Virus record (IMG/VR): IMGVR_UViG_3300025628_000001
DNA from: a virus
DNA length: 48,707 bases
Reading direction: 5' to 3' (one strand)
The notes under the pieces were generated by a model that made no database searches, was not told the origin of the DNA, and was given only the letters and a program-made list of their open reading frames with translations. Of this stretch, positions 31,303 through 41,644 are shown piece by piece. How positions within the stretch are numbered: position 1 is the stretch's first letter; each line of letters begins with the position of its first letter. A program made the position numbers and the translations under genes.

Positions 31303-32694
31303 TTATGTCGCCTCTTCTGTACTGTCTTTAAGGAGTTGAAGTCGTTTCAGGTCCGCTTTTTCTTTTATTTTCAGTGCATCTTCCATGTCTTTGAGGCCGT
31401 TGCGTTTCTGTTCAAGAGCCTTAATCTCTTCCTTGGCCTGTTTCTGCCTTGCATCACGGGTCCCGGAACTAAAATATGTCTCTTTTTTACGTTTGCTAAA
31501 AGGCTTCTTCTTAGAGCCTTGTTTTCCGTGAGCTTTAACCTCAGTGGCAAGAGCTTCTTTTGCCTTAGTGAGTTCATTTTCCAGAGAATCCAAGCTTTCA
31601 ATCTGTCCGTTCTCGGATCCGATCCTGAGAGCGTTTAGCTTGTCCCTTGATGCCTCAACCGCTCCAGCAGCCTTGTTCCATGCGATTTTAAGTGCAGGCT
31701 GGTCATAAGCTTGTGATGGAGCAGGGAAGTCCTTAACTTCGACCACTTCCTGTTCTGCGATAGTTGCCTCCGGGCCTTCTTGCTGAACGCCATCTGGTTG
31801 CCCCTCTACAGGCCCAAATCCGCCTTCTGACAGACTTTGCTGCATCTGCCCGACATCTTGTTGCTGAGTACCAACTGGTTGTCCCTCTGTAGGCCCAAAT
31901 CCGCCTTCTGCGCTAGCATCTGAGAGTCCTTTCGCACGGTCAACTATCTCCTGCACTTGCCCGACACCATCTGGCTTCGGGCCGTAGCCAATCATCTTAA
32001 GCCTTTGCTGATAATATTCATTAGCCTTCTCAGGATTCACTACGTTTGTGATCGAATCAGTCGCCAGATCAAAGGACTGCTGACTAATGTCGATCTTGTC
32101 TTTATCGCTAAGGCCCCGTTTTTCAGTATCTTTGACTTCGGTATTCCCCTCTAAATCCATGCTAAATTGTCGGTTGTTCCCTTCGTCAAACCAGACATCT
32201 CCGGGGCCTTGCCCTTTCGGATGCCGGGAAGGATCTTGCCGCTTAAAAATAGGTTCTATGTTTGCCGCTTTAGCTTCCAGCATGCGAACAGCTTTAACTT
32301 TTTCATCAGGACTAAAATCAGGATTGTTCTGGACTTTATAGATTTCGTTTCGTAGTTTCTCTTCATCATGTTTCTGTTCTGCAGTCAGCTCATAGTCAAA
32401 CATGTCACGGTCAAGGCCGGCATTAAAGAGAGTATCTTCACGGTCAAATAATCGGTCGCGATCGGACTCATTAGCACTAAAAGATTGCTTTCGGTCTAGC
32501 AGTTCCAGTTTATTAGCATTCCGATTTTCTTCAGTCTTAGAAAGGAAATCCTGCCGGCTATTCTGCCGAGTCTGCCGGTCTAGGATATCTAACCCTTTTA
32601 ATTTTGTTTTTCCAAGTTGTTCACCTCGTCCTCCTGCGAATTTTGCGCCGAGTACCGATGCAGGGTTTGCTCCATGTTTCATTTCGATAGCCAT
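31303..32694 (-). CDS. Putative internal virion / ejection protein (463 aa)
   Basis: The call rests on position upstream of the giant protein. It is charged and coiled-coil rich, with an internal duplicated EGGFGP(T/V)EGQP motif. Confidence 0.5.
   Translation of the reverse strand: MAIEMKHGANPASVLGAKFAGGRGEQLGKTKLKGLDILDRQTRQNSRQDFLSKTEENRNANKLELLDRKQSFSANESDRDRLFDREDTLFNAGLDRDMFDYELTAEQKHDEEKLRNEIYKVQNNPDFSPDEKVKAVRMLEAKAANIEPIFKRQDPSRHPKGQGPGDVWFDEGNNRQFSMDLEGNTEVKDTEKRGLSDKDKIDISQQSFDLATDSITNVVNPEKANEYYQQRLKMIGYGPKPDGVGQVQEIVDRAKGLSDASAEGGFGPTEGQPVGTQQQDVGQMQQSLSEGGFGPVEGQPDGVQQEGPEATIAEQEVVEVKDFPAPSQAYDQPALKIAWNKAAGAVEASRDKLNALRIGSENGQIESLDSLENELTKAKEALATEVKAHGKQGSKKKPFSKRKKETYFSSGTRDARQKQAKEEIKALEQKRNGLKDMEDALKIKEKADLKRLQLLKDSTEEAT
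31794..31910. repeat. Two near-identical 36-bp segments 81 bp apart inside the 463-aa gene
   Basis: ctggttg(c/t)ccctct(a/g)taggcccaaatccgccttctg occurs at 31794 and at 31875. Confidence 0.7.
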
Positions 32695-32724
32695 TATTTA
32701 CTCCTAAAAAGTTAAGGTCGATTT

Positions 32725-33555
32725 TTACAGAACCTGTATCGTTGGTTCTTCCGCTTCTTCAGGGTCTTCCCAAGTTACATCCTTCACACGGTAACGAAGA
32801 AAGCCGCACCCATCAGGGATAAAAGTAACATACATGGTGAAATACTCTCCAGGCACAGCATTAAACCCCATAGCGTTCAGCTCTTCCAGGGTAATTACAC
32901 TTTCAAGAGTGATATCCTCCCCCAAAGCTAGGCCCGAAAAAACGTTGTGATTTTCAAAATACGGCCCATGAAAAACTATAGGGTCAAAAGTATCAACAAC
33001 CTCACCAAAAACCACCTGTGTTTTTCTTTGCAGGTTGGTAAAATCCGGCCAGGACTCATACATGTAATAACCTGGGCCAGGGTTCCACCCGTCATCATCA
33101 TAGTGAAGACAGAAACCTCCGTCAGGGCAAGTGTAAACCCCAGTCTCTCTTGGTTCAACGAGACAGGCCCCGTCTTCCTCTGGAGCGGGGGTAGGCTCCT
33201 CAATGGTAAGGACAGTTGGTGTTACAATAGCGACATCATGACTGGACAACCTCCAGTCATGAAAAACAATTCCCCGCTGATTTTTATGTAATCTCCAAAC
33301 ATATTTTACCTGCCTGGTTCCCCAACGCCAATCAACTGTATTGTTTGTCTGCAACCACCATCCGTCTGGAGGTATTCTAGGGTCTTCTGAAGTTCCTGGC
33401 CACACGTAAAGCCAATAATATGTAAAGTAAAGGGTAGAATAAAGATATTGACTATAATAAATATTGTTGCCATAAAAAATATTCTCACTACCTCGAACTC
33501 CCAATGGAGATCTGTAACAAACACCTAAAGGGCTTCTGCCCGGAGCATCAATCAT
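32725..33555 (-). CDS. Hypothetical virion protein (276 aa), Trp/Tyr-rich
   Basis: Track ORF with ATGA overlap with the upstream ORF. Confidence 0.6.
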   Translation of the reverse strand: MIDAPGRSPLGVCYRSPLGVRGSENIFYGNNIYYSQYLYSTLYFTYYWLYVWPGTSEDPRIPPDGWWLQTNNTVDWRWGTRQVKYVWRLHKNQRGIVFHDWRLSSHDVAIVTPTVLTIEEPTPAPEEDGACLVEPRETGVYTCPDGGFCLHYDDDGWNPGPGYYMYESWPDFTNLQRKTQVVFGEVVDTFDPIVFHGPYFENHNVFSGLALGEDITLESVITLEELNAMGFNAVPGEYFTMYVTFIPDGCGFLRYRVKDVTWEDPEEAEEPTIQVL

Positions 33556-34016
33556 GCTTCAGCCTCCGCCGCCCAACATCGCCCAGCATTGTTCAAGTCA
33601 ACCCAATGCTCTTGAAATTTTACAGCAATAATTTGCTCTCCGATTAAATATGGCGGAGTAATAAATTGGTCTTCTTCTTCTCCGTCATATTCGCCATCAT
33701 CTACCCCGGTAGCTGTGCGACTAAAATTGCCTACATAGACATATGCTATTTCATCAACCGTTTTCTGGTCAAAAGGAGAGCGCCTAAGCATGTAAGGTTT
33801 ATACACTATAATTCTCTGCCCGTCATCAGTAGGATCGGTCTTCCTGCACCAAATAACATCATAGAAATCAACAGAGTCAGTATCAAAACCTATGACATCC
33901 ATAACCACGATATCGCCAGAAACATCGCCAAAATGCAACATCTTCCCAGACATGGGGTCAAAGGGATGTTGAGGCATCCCGAAGGGCCTTGTCTTTCGGA
34001 GTCTAGGGACAGCCAT
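33552..34016 (-). CDS. Hypothetical virion protein (154 aa)
   Basis: Track ORF coupled at both ends. Confidence 0.6.
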   Translation of the reverse strand: MAVPRLRKTRPFGMPQHPFDPMSGKMLHFGDVSGDIVVMDVIGFDTDSVDFYDVIWCRKTDPTDDGQRIIVYKPYMLRRSPFDQKTVDEIAYVYVGNFSRTATGVDDGEYDGEEEDQFITPPYLIGEQIIAVKFQEHWVDLNNAGRCWAAEAEA

Positions 34017-35188
34017 TAAGGAGTGCCCCCTTCGATAGACCCAACACCGATCTTAGAGACTGCATCCCCAATAGAAGTAAGATCAGGATACGAATCGGTC
34101 CTGCGCTCTACAAACGTACACAGGCCAACAACTGCCTGATTTCTCATGTCAAGCCGTTTCACGGTTAACTCATTTATTAGTTTCCAGAGACTCTCTTGTG
34201 CTGTAAATTGCCGGGTTTGTTTGTCTTTCATGCCATCATAAAGCAGTTTTTCAATAGTTAATCGGGCCTGATACATCCTTGTGTTCGCTTGATTTATGTT
34301 TGAATAGACAAGCTCTTTAATTTGTGTTTGGAAGCTGCTCATTCTCGAACGGGATCCACTCTGATATGTGGCCAACTGCTCCTGCAGTGCGATCTTCTGC
34401 TTTGCCAGAGCGTCGTCAACAGCCAGAAGAGCACGACTTCTTTCCCGCTCGATCCCGGCGTTGGTTGAGTTGACAATGGTAGTATTGTAAAGCCCTTTTG
34501 TAGTTAGGGAGTTAGAAACTTTTGCCAGTTCTGCGTCGAACCTGGCATTGATTTCTGCTTTCTGGGAAGCCTCATAGTCGTCGATTATCCCGTCAGTTAT
34601 GGCAAGTAGTGCAGTTGTCGCAGTCGTCTCGGCTGAGAGGAAGGCGTTAACTAAAGCTATTTCATCAGCATCAAAATCAGCTATAGTATTTTCCTCCAGG
34701 GTCAACATGCTGGACAATGATGCCCGGACCTTAACCTCAAAGGCTGTAAAATCAGAGTCAAAGTCGTCTATAATGTCTTGAAGTTTTGTTTCATTAACGG
34801 CATCGTCAGTTTCCAGGGCGGTAAACTCAGTCTCAAGGCTAGTAATAAGCTGCTTATATAAACTGATAGCGTAGTCGTATCTCTGGTCGTTTATTTCTCG
34901 GCCTTCATTATATGCAGCAATATAGTCAGCAGTCAATGTGACAAGCGCCCTAGCACTGTCAATGCTTGTTCTCTTTAGATAATAGTACCTATATACAATT
35001 GGGGCCTCTCCCGTATAGGTTATACTGGAACTGGAAGTATCATAAACTTTCCAGCCCTGAGCCGTAAGCCAACCAATTATGTTAGGATCCGAGGTAGACA
35101 TGTGTTCGGTTTTATACCAGCCGTCAACAGTCGGAGCGGTTACAGGTACTGGGTCAGAGATGTCACTTGGTAAAGTAATATTTTCCAT
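34016..35188 (-). CDS. Hypothetical tail/virion protein with a long coiled coil (390 aa)
   Basis: Track ORF located in the tail module. Confidence 0.6.
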   Translation of the reverse strand: MENITLPSDISDPVPVTAPTVDGWYKTEHMSTSDPNIIGWLTAQGWKVYDTSSSSITYTGEAPIVYRYYYLKRTSIDSARALVTLTADYIAAYNEGREINDQRYDYAISLYKQLITSLETEFTALETDDAVNETKLQDIIDDFDSDFTAFEVKVRASLSSMLTLEENTIADFDADEIALVNAFLSAETTATTALLAITDGIIDDYEASQKAEINARFDAELAKVSNSLTTKGLYNTTIVNSTNAGIERERSRALLAVDDALAKQKIALQEQLATYQSGSRSRMSSFQTQIKELVYSNINQANTRMYQARLTIEKLLYDGMKDKQTRQFTAQESLWKLINELTVKRLDMRNQAVVGLCTFVERRTDSYPDLTSIGDAVSKIGVGSIEGGTP

Positions 35189-35222
35189 TATAAAACCTCT
35201 TTGCTAAAATAAATATTCACAA

Positions 35223-37250
35223 CTACCATGCTGCCACTACAGCAGTTTTCTTATATTGTATTAAGACTCCAAACACATGTGCATCCACGTCCATTACAGC
35301 TCCAACACCAGCATAATCGTAGTTCCTTGCCAGCTTGCCATGGACCATATCGCCTAGGGCAGCAGTGCCGCCGACGGTCACAGCTGAACTCGCAGCCGTA
35401 ACATGAAGGTCGCCATCAACAATCAGTTGGTCCTCTACAGCTATTGATTCTCCCAAAGTAGCGTCCAAAGCGTCGTCGTTTGACCTCGCGCCTAGCTTAA
35501 GATAGAACTGAACATATTCATCAGTGTTTGAATCAGCGTGACCGTTCGACCAGAAAACCTTATATTTCAAAGTGCCTAGATTCCAAGCCGGAGGCATGAC
35601 AATGTCAAACTCCGCGCTTTCATCAGCATCAGCTCCAGCAAAAGTCATCACACTATGAGACATGTCATTTGTCGCATATTCAATAGTTGCTGCAGTTGCT
35701 CCAGCAGTTGTACTCGCAATCAAATCTTTTGCAGGGATCCAAATTTCATCATATTCCGTACCTGGAGGTGTAGCCCAGGTCCCATCAGCCCTCAAAAAAT
35801 GACCAGTAGCATCAGTTAGCTTTAGAAGCAGGCCATGCCGTGCATTAGAAGCGTTAAGATCAGTGTTGTCGCCGGGAGTATCCAGATCATCAAGATTAAA
35901 CAGGTTTAGCCTATTCTCTGCAAACCATTCCCACAGCACATCAATAGTTATTGTCTTCAAATTGTTACTATCATCAGCATCTTGAAACATTATGATATCA
36001 GCAGAAGTAATGGCATCAGAATCAATCTCCGACAGACCTTGAATTTTTCCCGTAATATATGTCCACAACCGACTGACAGCACTTTTCCTTTGAGCTGTTC
36101 CCAAACCCCCGTCATCGACCAGAATAGTGTCAGCGTCAGCAAGTGCAGCCCCTATAAGAGTTGATTCATAAATTATAGTAGAAGTGTCTGCATTCGTTGC
36201 GTCGATTGCATCTTGAACAGCTTTTGAAGTGGGAATGTCTGTATCTGATCCCGGGGAGACAATCGATGTAACCATCGTTAGGAGAGATTTCAGACTATTA
36301 GCACCACTCCATTGAGCAATCATGCCGTCGACACCATTGCCTGCGCCAGTTATCGAAAAACCAGCATGAGCTATGATCTGGTCCAATGTCATTTTTTTTG
36401 CTGTACCACTTTGTAAAACATAAAAAACGTCAGAATCAACCGTTGTCGCAACTTCGTCCAAGCCTGTAACGTGAGCGGCTAGAGCTAAATAAACTTCAGC
36501 AGTCAAATTCGCAAAAGTTATTTTCTTCCCCGTAGTTGTTTGCGTTACGGCGAACATATCTGCAGCAGCCAGTGGGGTTGTGGCAGCGCTTAAACCCGCC
36601 AAGTTGAGAACGGTTGCTTGCAAGGCAGTATTGAAAAATGTCGTCAAGGTTCCAAGAGTAATGGTCTTTTCAGTCACTCCACCATCTTTTAAGACCAGAA
36701 CATCAGCAGAGTCTGGAACTGTTTCAGCAGCCTTATCCCACATGACAGTTGTTGCATATTGTGCCACAAGAGCAATAGCCATAGGCTTTAAAACTCCGCT
36801 TTGAAGGACATATACAGCATCAGCGACAGTTATGGAACTTCCAGCCTCAATTTCCTCAATTGCGTCAATAGTTGCGGTCTGGATTGCGCTACTGAGATAA
36901 GCTTTCAAAACTGCATAAGTGACAGTTTTTTCAGTTGTATTACCGTCTTTCAAGGGAAACACATCAAGGTCATCGGGAACTGTCTCAACCGCTTTACCCC
37001 AAACAATATCGATCGCATATTGTGCAATAAGATCAATATCGGCAGGCTTCATCACGCCACCCTGAAGAACAAAAACACTGTCCGAACCAGATGGAGCAGA
37101 GCCTGTGGGGATCGCCTCAATCTGGTCAATCGTGTAATTTTTTAAACCGGCAGTTGTTATGCTTTTCGCTGAAGCACCGTCAGATACAGGAATTTTTTCA
37201 CTACCGCCGATACTATCATCTGGCGTCATCGCTGATATTTTAATAGCCAT
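35223..37250 (-). CDS. Tail fibre/spike-like protein with about 9 copies of a 25-30 aa motif (675 aa)
   Basis: A recurring pattern D-x-hydrophobic-x-V-x-Q/D-x-G-x-x-K-K/P-hydrophobic-T, for example DSVFVLQGGVMKPADIDLIAQYA, DAVYVLQSGVLKPMAIALVAQYA and DVFYVLQSGTAKKMTLDQIIAHA. Confidence 0.6.
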   Translation of the reverse strand: MAIKISAMTPDDSIGGSEKIPVSDGASAKSITTAGLKNYTIDQIEAIPTGSAPSGSDSVFVLQGGVMKPADIDLIAQYAIDIVWGKAVETVPDDLDVFPLKDGNTTEKTVTYAVLKAYLSSAIQTATIDAIEEIEAGSSITVADAVYVLQSGVLKPMAIALVAQYATTVMWDKAAETVPDSADVLVLKDGGVTEKTITLGTLTTFFNTALQATVLNLAGLSAATTPLAAADMFAVTQTTTGKKITFANLTAEVYLALAAHVTGLDEVATTVDSDVFYVLQSGTAKKMTLDQIIAHAGFSITGAGNGVDGMIAQWSGANSLKSLLTMVTSIVSPGSDTDIPTSKAVQDAIDATNADTSTIIYESTLIGAALADADTILVDDGGLGTAQRKSAVSRLWTYITGKIQGLSEIDSDAITSADIIMFQDADDSNNLKTITIDVLWEWFAENRLNLFNLDDLDTPGDNTDLNASNARHGLLLKLTDATGHFLRADGTWATPPGTEYDEIWIPAKDLIASTTAGATAATIEYATNDMSHSVMTFAGADADESAEFDIVMPPAWNLGTLKYKVFWSNGHADSNTDEYVQFYLKLGARSNDDALDATLGESIAVEDQLIVDGDLHVTAASSAVTVGGTAALGDMVHGKLARNYDYAGVGAVMDVDAHVFGVLIQYKKTAVVAAW

Positions 37251-38874
37251 TTCTTAATCTCCCAAGTGTTTGAGCTGTAACTGCGACAGACTGGTAGGCC
37301 CAGCTATCTGCAGATGATAATAAGATTGCACACCATTGTCCTCGGACGCGCGGCCTAACGATTCGATTTCGATCTTCTGCCCATGTCCCGGTCGCTTTAA
37401 CCGCAGAAGGCGTTTCAGCTGCCAAAAGTGCCGTGATCGCTGCCACAGCATCATCTCCAACATCTTCTGCGCTTGAACCGACAAACGCTCTCCAGGTAAC
37501 AGTTCCAGCGTTGTCCGCCAAAGTTCCCCGAAGTTCTTTCATTATTGAGTCAGCGCTTTCGCTGGTTGTTAACCTGAAAGGTCCCAATACTACATAACTA
37601 TTTAACGCGGTCTCGTCATCGTCGTTTTCAGACGCTGAGAAGTTCCTTAAATATCCATCCTTACAGCCGAGCACAACTTCCGACCGTTCATCTCCAATAT
37701 CATATCGCCCAATTGCCACGGGTTGCTGGGTTTGAGGCAGAATCACCGGCCACATTGCCTTGTTCTCAAGATCCAACCACCAGTGCGTTCCAACAGTAGC
37801 CGCCTCCGGAGTAACAAATAAATGAAACCCTTTCGCTTTTATATCATATTCCATCAGAACAATGTTAGCCGTCACATCTACATCTTTAAGCAGTTCAGGC
37901 ACCCGTTCATCACTGAAAGGCACTGGCTCAGCAGAACTGCCGAGTTTCCAAAGGTAAACGCCATTATAACTCAGAAACGCCACGGTCCCTTCTGGAGACA
38001 CCGCCCAAGCTTTTGGAGCGATTATACCAAACTGATCACTTACGTTGAACAGGTTGCCGTCTGAGGGCTCTCCGGACAACACGTGAAGACTGTTTGGAGT
38101 AGCAATTGCCAGAAACTTGTCCTTATACGGAATCATAGCCTTTATGACCCCTGTAACCTGGCCAGCTTCGCCAGATTGCCCAGCGATCGCACGAGCTGTA
38201 TCCGCATAATCATCATTAAAGTTCCAGTCTGTAACATCTCCTTGTCTGCAGGCATACCAGATATGATCAACCCCGGCAAGAAACAACCTTCCACGATAAG
38301 CAGTCACAAGAGGTTGAAGTATCGGGATTGCCCCAGCGGAAGCAATTATCGTGTCAACAATACTGGTGCTCGGATCGTAAGCAGCCAAGGCAGAGTCAGC
38401 AATATACAATTTTTGTCCAAACATAGACGTATCAAACCCACCAACAGCCGCAAAAGGGCTTGTCGCAGTAACCACAGAATCGAAGACAATAGTATTACCA
38501 TCTTCGTCCTCGATCGCCACGCCGTCTTCAGTGTGAAGCTCAGACTCACCAGTTAAAACCGCATCACTTCGGAGAACATAAAGCTCCCCGTCAGCTATAA
38601 CATAAAGGTCATACTGGTGGTTCCCGTCACCGTCCACAACCCTGGCGGAAGCAATCGCGGTAATTTCCCCAGCCACCGCTGGGGGGAAATGGTTTGCATA
38701 AAACTTCTCTAACCCCGGTCGAGATCCGCCTCGGACCCGGTTCTCAAGAAGCCCAACACCCCGGACATTTACAGCCCACGGCGCAGTATAGGGCTTATCC
38801 CTATCCCAATATCCCACCCGACGGGAAACCCCGCCAAGTGGGAATGAGATTACAAGTTCACGCTGCTTTGTCAT
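37240..38874 (-). CDS. Putative tail tubular/nozzle protein (544 aa)
   Basis: The call rests on position after the adaptor candidate in a T7-like order. It has repeated beta-strand-rich blade-like segments. This is inference only. Confidence 0.4.
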   Translation of the reverse strand: MTKQRELVISFPLGGVSRRVGYWDRDKPYTAPWAVNVRGVGLLENRVRGGSRPGLEKFYANHFPPAVAGEITAIASARVVDGDGNHQYDLYVIADGELYVLRSDAVLTGESELHTEDGVAIEDEDGNTIVFDSVVTATSPFAAVGGFDTSMFGQKLYIADSALAAYDPSTSIVDTIIASAGAIPILQPLVTAYRGRLFLAGVDHIWYACRQGDVTDWNFNDDYADTARAIAGQSGEAGQVTGVIKAMIPYKDKFLAIATPNSLHVLSGEPSDGNLFNVSDQFGIIAPKAWAVSPEGTVAFLSYNGVYLWKLGSSAEPVPFSDERVPELLKDVDVTANIVLMEYDIKAKGFHLFVTPEAATVGTHWWLDLENKAMWPVILPQTQQPVAIGRYDIGDERSEVVLGCKDGYLRNFSASENDDDETALNSYVVLGPFRLTTSESADSIMKELRGTLADNAGTVTWRAFVGSSAEDVGDDAVAAITALLAAETPSAVKATGTWAEDRNRIVRPRVRGQWCAILLSSADSWAYQSVAVTAQTLGRLRNGY

Positions 38875-39095
38875 TATGCAGCTGCCACAGTAACAAGGTT
38901 AAAGTCGCATGACGCTGAAGTTCCCTCATTAACATAGAGGGCATCGCCATCACCACCATCGGTATGCTGAAACAAGCATCCGACTGCATAACCAGCAGTT
39001 CCGTCAACAGGCTTGGTCGTCCCACTAACAATCAGCAATCCTGCATCCTGAGCTGGAGGTGCTATTCTTAAAAGTTTAGCAATACGTTGTAACAT
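38874..39095 (-). CDS. Hypothetical protein (73 aa)
   Basis: Track ORF coupled at both ends. Confidence 0.5.
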   Translation of the reverse strand: MLQRIAKLLRIAPPAQDAGLLIVSGTTKPVDGTAGYAVGCLFQHTDGGDGDALYVNEGTSASCDFNLVTVAAA

Positions 39096-39412
39096 CAGTC
39101 TTCTCCTTTTTTAGTTTCACTAGTTTTTGTATCTGTGCTTCTTCTGTTTTTGTTTTCGCCATCATATCCGAATTGCGCACGGCATGCAGCAGTATTCACC
39201 ATTACTTCCTGAATACTCTCATCCATTTTAGAAAACCATAGAAGATGCTCATCATCTCTTTTTTCATGATTATCCATTTTAACCTCAAGCTCTATCAGTT
39301 TTCGCCCCTGGTCGATTACTTTAACAGCGAGCCAACCCCAGAAGCTCAAAACACCACCTATTAAAACAACAGCAATAGCGATCAACAGTGTAACCAGCGC
39401 AGTACTCACCAA
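39095..39412 (-). CDS. Small membrane protein (105 aa, one N-terminal TM); holin/spanin-like candidate
   Basis: The N-terminus is MVSTALVTLLIAIAVVLIGGVLSFWGWLAV, followed by a charged coiled C-terminus. Confidence 0.55.
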   Translation of the reverse strand: MVSTALVTLLIAIAVVLIGGVLSFWGWLAVKVIDQGRKLIELEVKMDNHEKRDDEHLLWFSKMDESIQEVMVNTAACRAQFGYDGENKNRRSTDTKTSETKKGED

Positions 39413-40182
39413 GTATCCTCCTTATAGGTAATATCGTAACTCGTTTGCCGGACACCATCAGAGACAAGAGCATTACTATTGCCTCCCATAGCACCATAAT
39501 AACGAGCACCGTTTTTATTGTCATAAAGCACGCCGGCAATCAGCAACCGGGAGAAAGCATCCCAATGGATACCCTTCTCATCGTTTGCTCTTTGCTCTGC
39601 GATCGCAAGACAGCTTTCAGTCGCCAACTCGGCGTATTTCATCCCGCCAAGAGGGTACTGGAAGTCGTCCTTCAACTTCCCCTGATAAGCTTCAAACCTG
39701 TAAGTCAGCGTAAAGACTGCATTAGGCACCGGCCATAACACAATCTGTTTCCTCTGGCCCTCAAAGCCATCAGACGGCTTGTCTCTTACAGCAGCATACC
39801 GAGGAATGCCAGCATCATCAGACCCAGACATCAATGCAGACAGCTGGGCCTCACTCACAAGCACAATCGAATGGTTATAAAGTTCTGGCTCAAAGGTTAG
39901 ATCACCGAGAATCCGACCCAAAGAATTAGGCAGGTTTACGGTGCTCGTGCTCGCAACTGTCACGAGGGTAGTTGTCGGATATAGAAACGTCCAGCTATGG
40001 CCATTTTCTACGCCTTCAACCGCAGGAGGATAATAAAACTGCCGAACACCTGACTGGACATACAAATCAATCTCAGCCTTTTGTGAAGTGTTCCAGTCGT
40101 CCTTATCACCACCATACCCCAGATAGAGGCCAACAGCCTTCATCAAGTCGTCGTAAGAAATTGACAGTTCTGATTCAGCCAT
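39406..40182 (-). CDS. Putative head-tail adaptor (258 aa)
   Basis: The call rests on position downstream of the capsid genes and on size. No diagnostic motif was recognised. Confidence 0.4.
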   Translation of the reverse strand: MAESELSISYDDLMKAVGLYLGYGGDKDDWNTSQKAEIDLYVQSGVRQFYYPPAVEGVENGHSWTFLYPTTTLVTVASTSTVNLPNSLGRILGDLTFEPELYNHSIVLVSEAQLSALMSGSDDAGIPRYAAVRDKPSDGFEGQRKQIVLWPVPNAVFTLTYRFEAYQGKLKDDFQYPLGGMKYAELATESCLAIAEQRANDEKGIHWDAFSRLLIAGVLYDNKNGARYYGAMGGNSNALVSDGVRQTSYDITYKEDTW

Positions 40183-40184
40183 GA

Positions 40185-40436
40185 CTATTCTTCCTTATAA
40201 AAATTAAGATCGCCGTCAATCATGTCGGCCATCAGTGAAACTATGGCTATACCTTCGCATGATGTCTGCCCAGCGTTCAGCAAGTCTTTCCGTCGCTTAA
40301 ATTCCTTATAGACAGAAACCAGCGTGTCGGAAAAAGGCTCTTTTATCCCTATAGCATTCAGCTTAAGGGCAGAGTTCTCATCAATCTTAAGTTTAGCCAC
40401 AGCCTCTTCTTTTTTCTTTGGTGCTGCCATCCACAA
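40185..40436 (-). CDS. Hypothetical protein (83 aa)
   Basis: Track ORF, the first gene after the terminator at 40447..40477. Confidence 0.55.
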   Translation of the reverse strand: MWMAAPKKKEEAVAKLKIDENSALKLNAIGIKEPFSDTLVSVYKEFKRRKDLLNAGQTSCEGIAIVSLMADMIDGDLNFYKEE

Positions 40437-40446
40437 ACCTTCCTTT

Positions 40447-40477
40447 AAAAAAAGGGACCAGGCCGAAACTTGGCCCC
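40447..40477 (-). terminator. Rho-independent terminator after the capsid genes
   Basis: The minus strand reads GGGGCCAAG-tttcgg-CCTGGTCCC followed by TTTTTTT. The stem has one G-U pair and one mismatch. Confidence 0.6.
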
Positions 40478-40501
40478 TTTTGGTTAATTGTTAACTATTG
40501 A

Positions 40502-41584
40502 CTACGCCTCTGCTGCAGCACCAAGAAGTCCCTGTGTCAGCCAGGTAGCCCCGTCAAACTCAAGGAAGCAACCATCACCAGCAGCGTCCATCGCGCCAAT
40601 TTCGGCCAGAGCTGTAAGAGCTCCACCCTCAGTTCTGATCTGCATGGTAGAAGCGGTTACAAGATCAATAACCAGCGGAGTAGTTGCTAAAGCACCAAGA
40701 ACTAGAAACGCCTTCTTGTCGCCAGGAAGTAGGCCCTGTGCAAAGGTTACGTCTGCGGCTGCAGCAACAGTAACGCCACCACAACAGTAAGTTACTCCGC
40801 CAACCATATGAGCCAGGCCAACCAGGCCGGCATTAGGAGGACAGATAAACTCAACGCCACCACATTCATCACCTTCAAGCAAATCAGCCTGACAGACAGG
40901 ATTGCCTGTGTAGACATATCCCGTGAAAGAGATTGTTCCGGTTGAGAAAGTTGACAGCGCAGATGATTTTAGGACAAAATGTGTGGCATCTGTGATCGAA
41001 GCAATTTCATATTTTCCAGGAACCAGAACACCAGTAGCATCATTTTCACCGGCAAGAATAACGAGAACATCACCAGCTGCAATGCCATTGGCGGCAGCGT
41101 GGGTCACAATAATTCCAGCGACAGCCTCAACAGTGAATGCACCTGTCATGCTTGCTTCCAGAATGGCAGTCTTTGTCTGGCGAGGGATTACAGATCCACG
41201 ACCCTTATATTTCCCGGTATAAAACCGACCGGCTTCTCCACCAGTTCCAGCGATAAAGGACAGGAGTCCTTCACCGATAACAGTGTTAATGCCAAGAGCA
41301 ACCTTAACGCCTTTGCTGCCGGGAACGTAAATCTCAATCAGCCGACCAGTTGAGCTTGCAGGATAGCTGCGAGCAGCGACACCGGCAAAGGCCATATTGT
41401 TACTAGTGCTTGGACGTTCAACGCGATTTCCACGTCTTGCGTCATAGCTTGCAGCAACGCCATAATCAGTATTGTAACAAACTGCCTCGCCCTCTTTCAG
41501 AGCGTCAACCCCTTCATACCATACCCACTCGGCTACGATATTGGGACCTTTTGAATGTCCGTTTATACTCTTATCCATTTTCAC
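40502..41584 (-). CDS. Gly/Ala-rich structural protein (360 aa), candidate capsid decoration / minor capsid protein
   Basis: It lies immediately downstream of the major capsid gene, has a strong RBS (GAAGGAG), and is followed by a terminator. Confidence 0.5.
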   Translation of the reverse strand: MKMDKSINGHSKGPNIVAEWVWYEGVDALKEGEAVCYNTDYGVAASYDARRGNRVERPSTSNNMAFAGVAARSYPASSTGRLIEIYVPGSKGVKVALGINTVIGEGLLSFIAGTGGEAGRFYTGKYKGRGSVIPRQTKTAILEASMTGAFTVEAVAGIIVTHAAANGIAAGDVLVILAGENDATGVLVPGKYEIASITDATHFVLKSSALSTFSTGTISFTGYVYTGNPVCQADLLEGDECGGVEFICPPNAGLVGLAHMVGGVTYCCGGVTVAAAADVTFAQGLLPGDKKAFLVLGALATTPLVIDLVTASTMQIRTEGGALTALAEIGAMDAAGDGCFLEFDGATWLTQGLLGAAAEA

Positions 41585-41644
41585 TTCTCCTTCTCAGATA
41601 TTTACTATTTAACTTCATTCACTTCATTTACCGCTTTTCAAACA

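Noticed and set aside
32947-34019. Plus-strand ORFs 32947..33291 and 33666..34019.
   Set aside because: They are embedded antisense in translationally coupled minus-strand structural genes and have no RBS.
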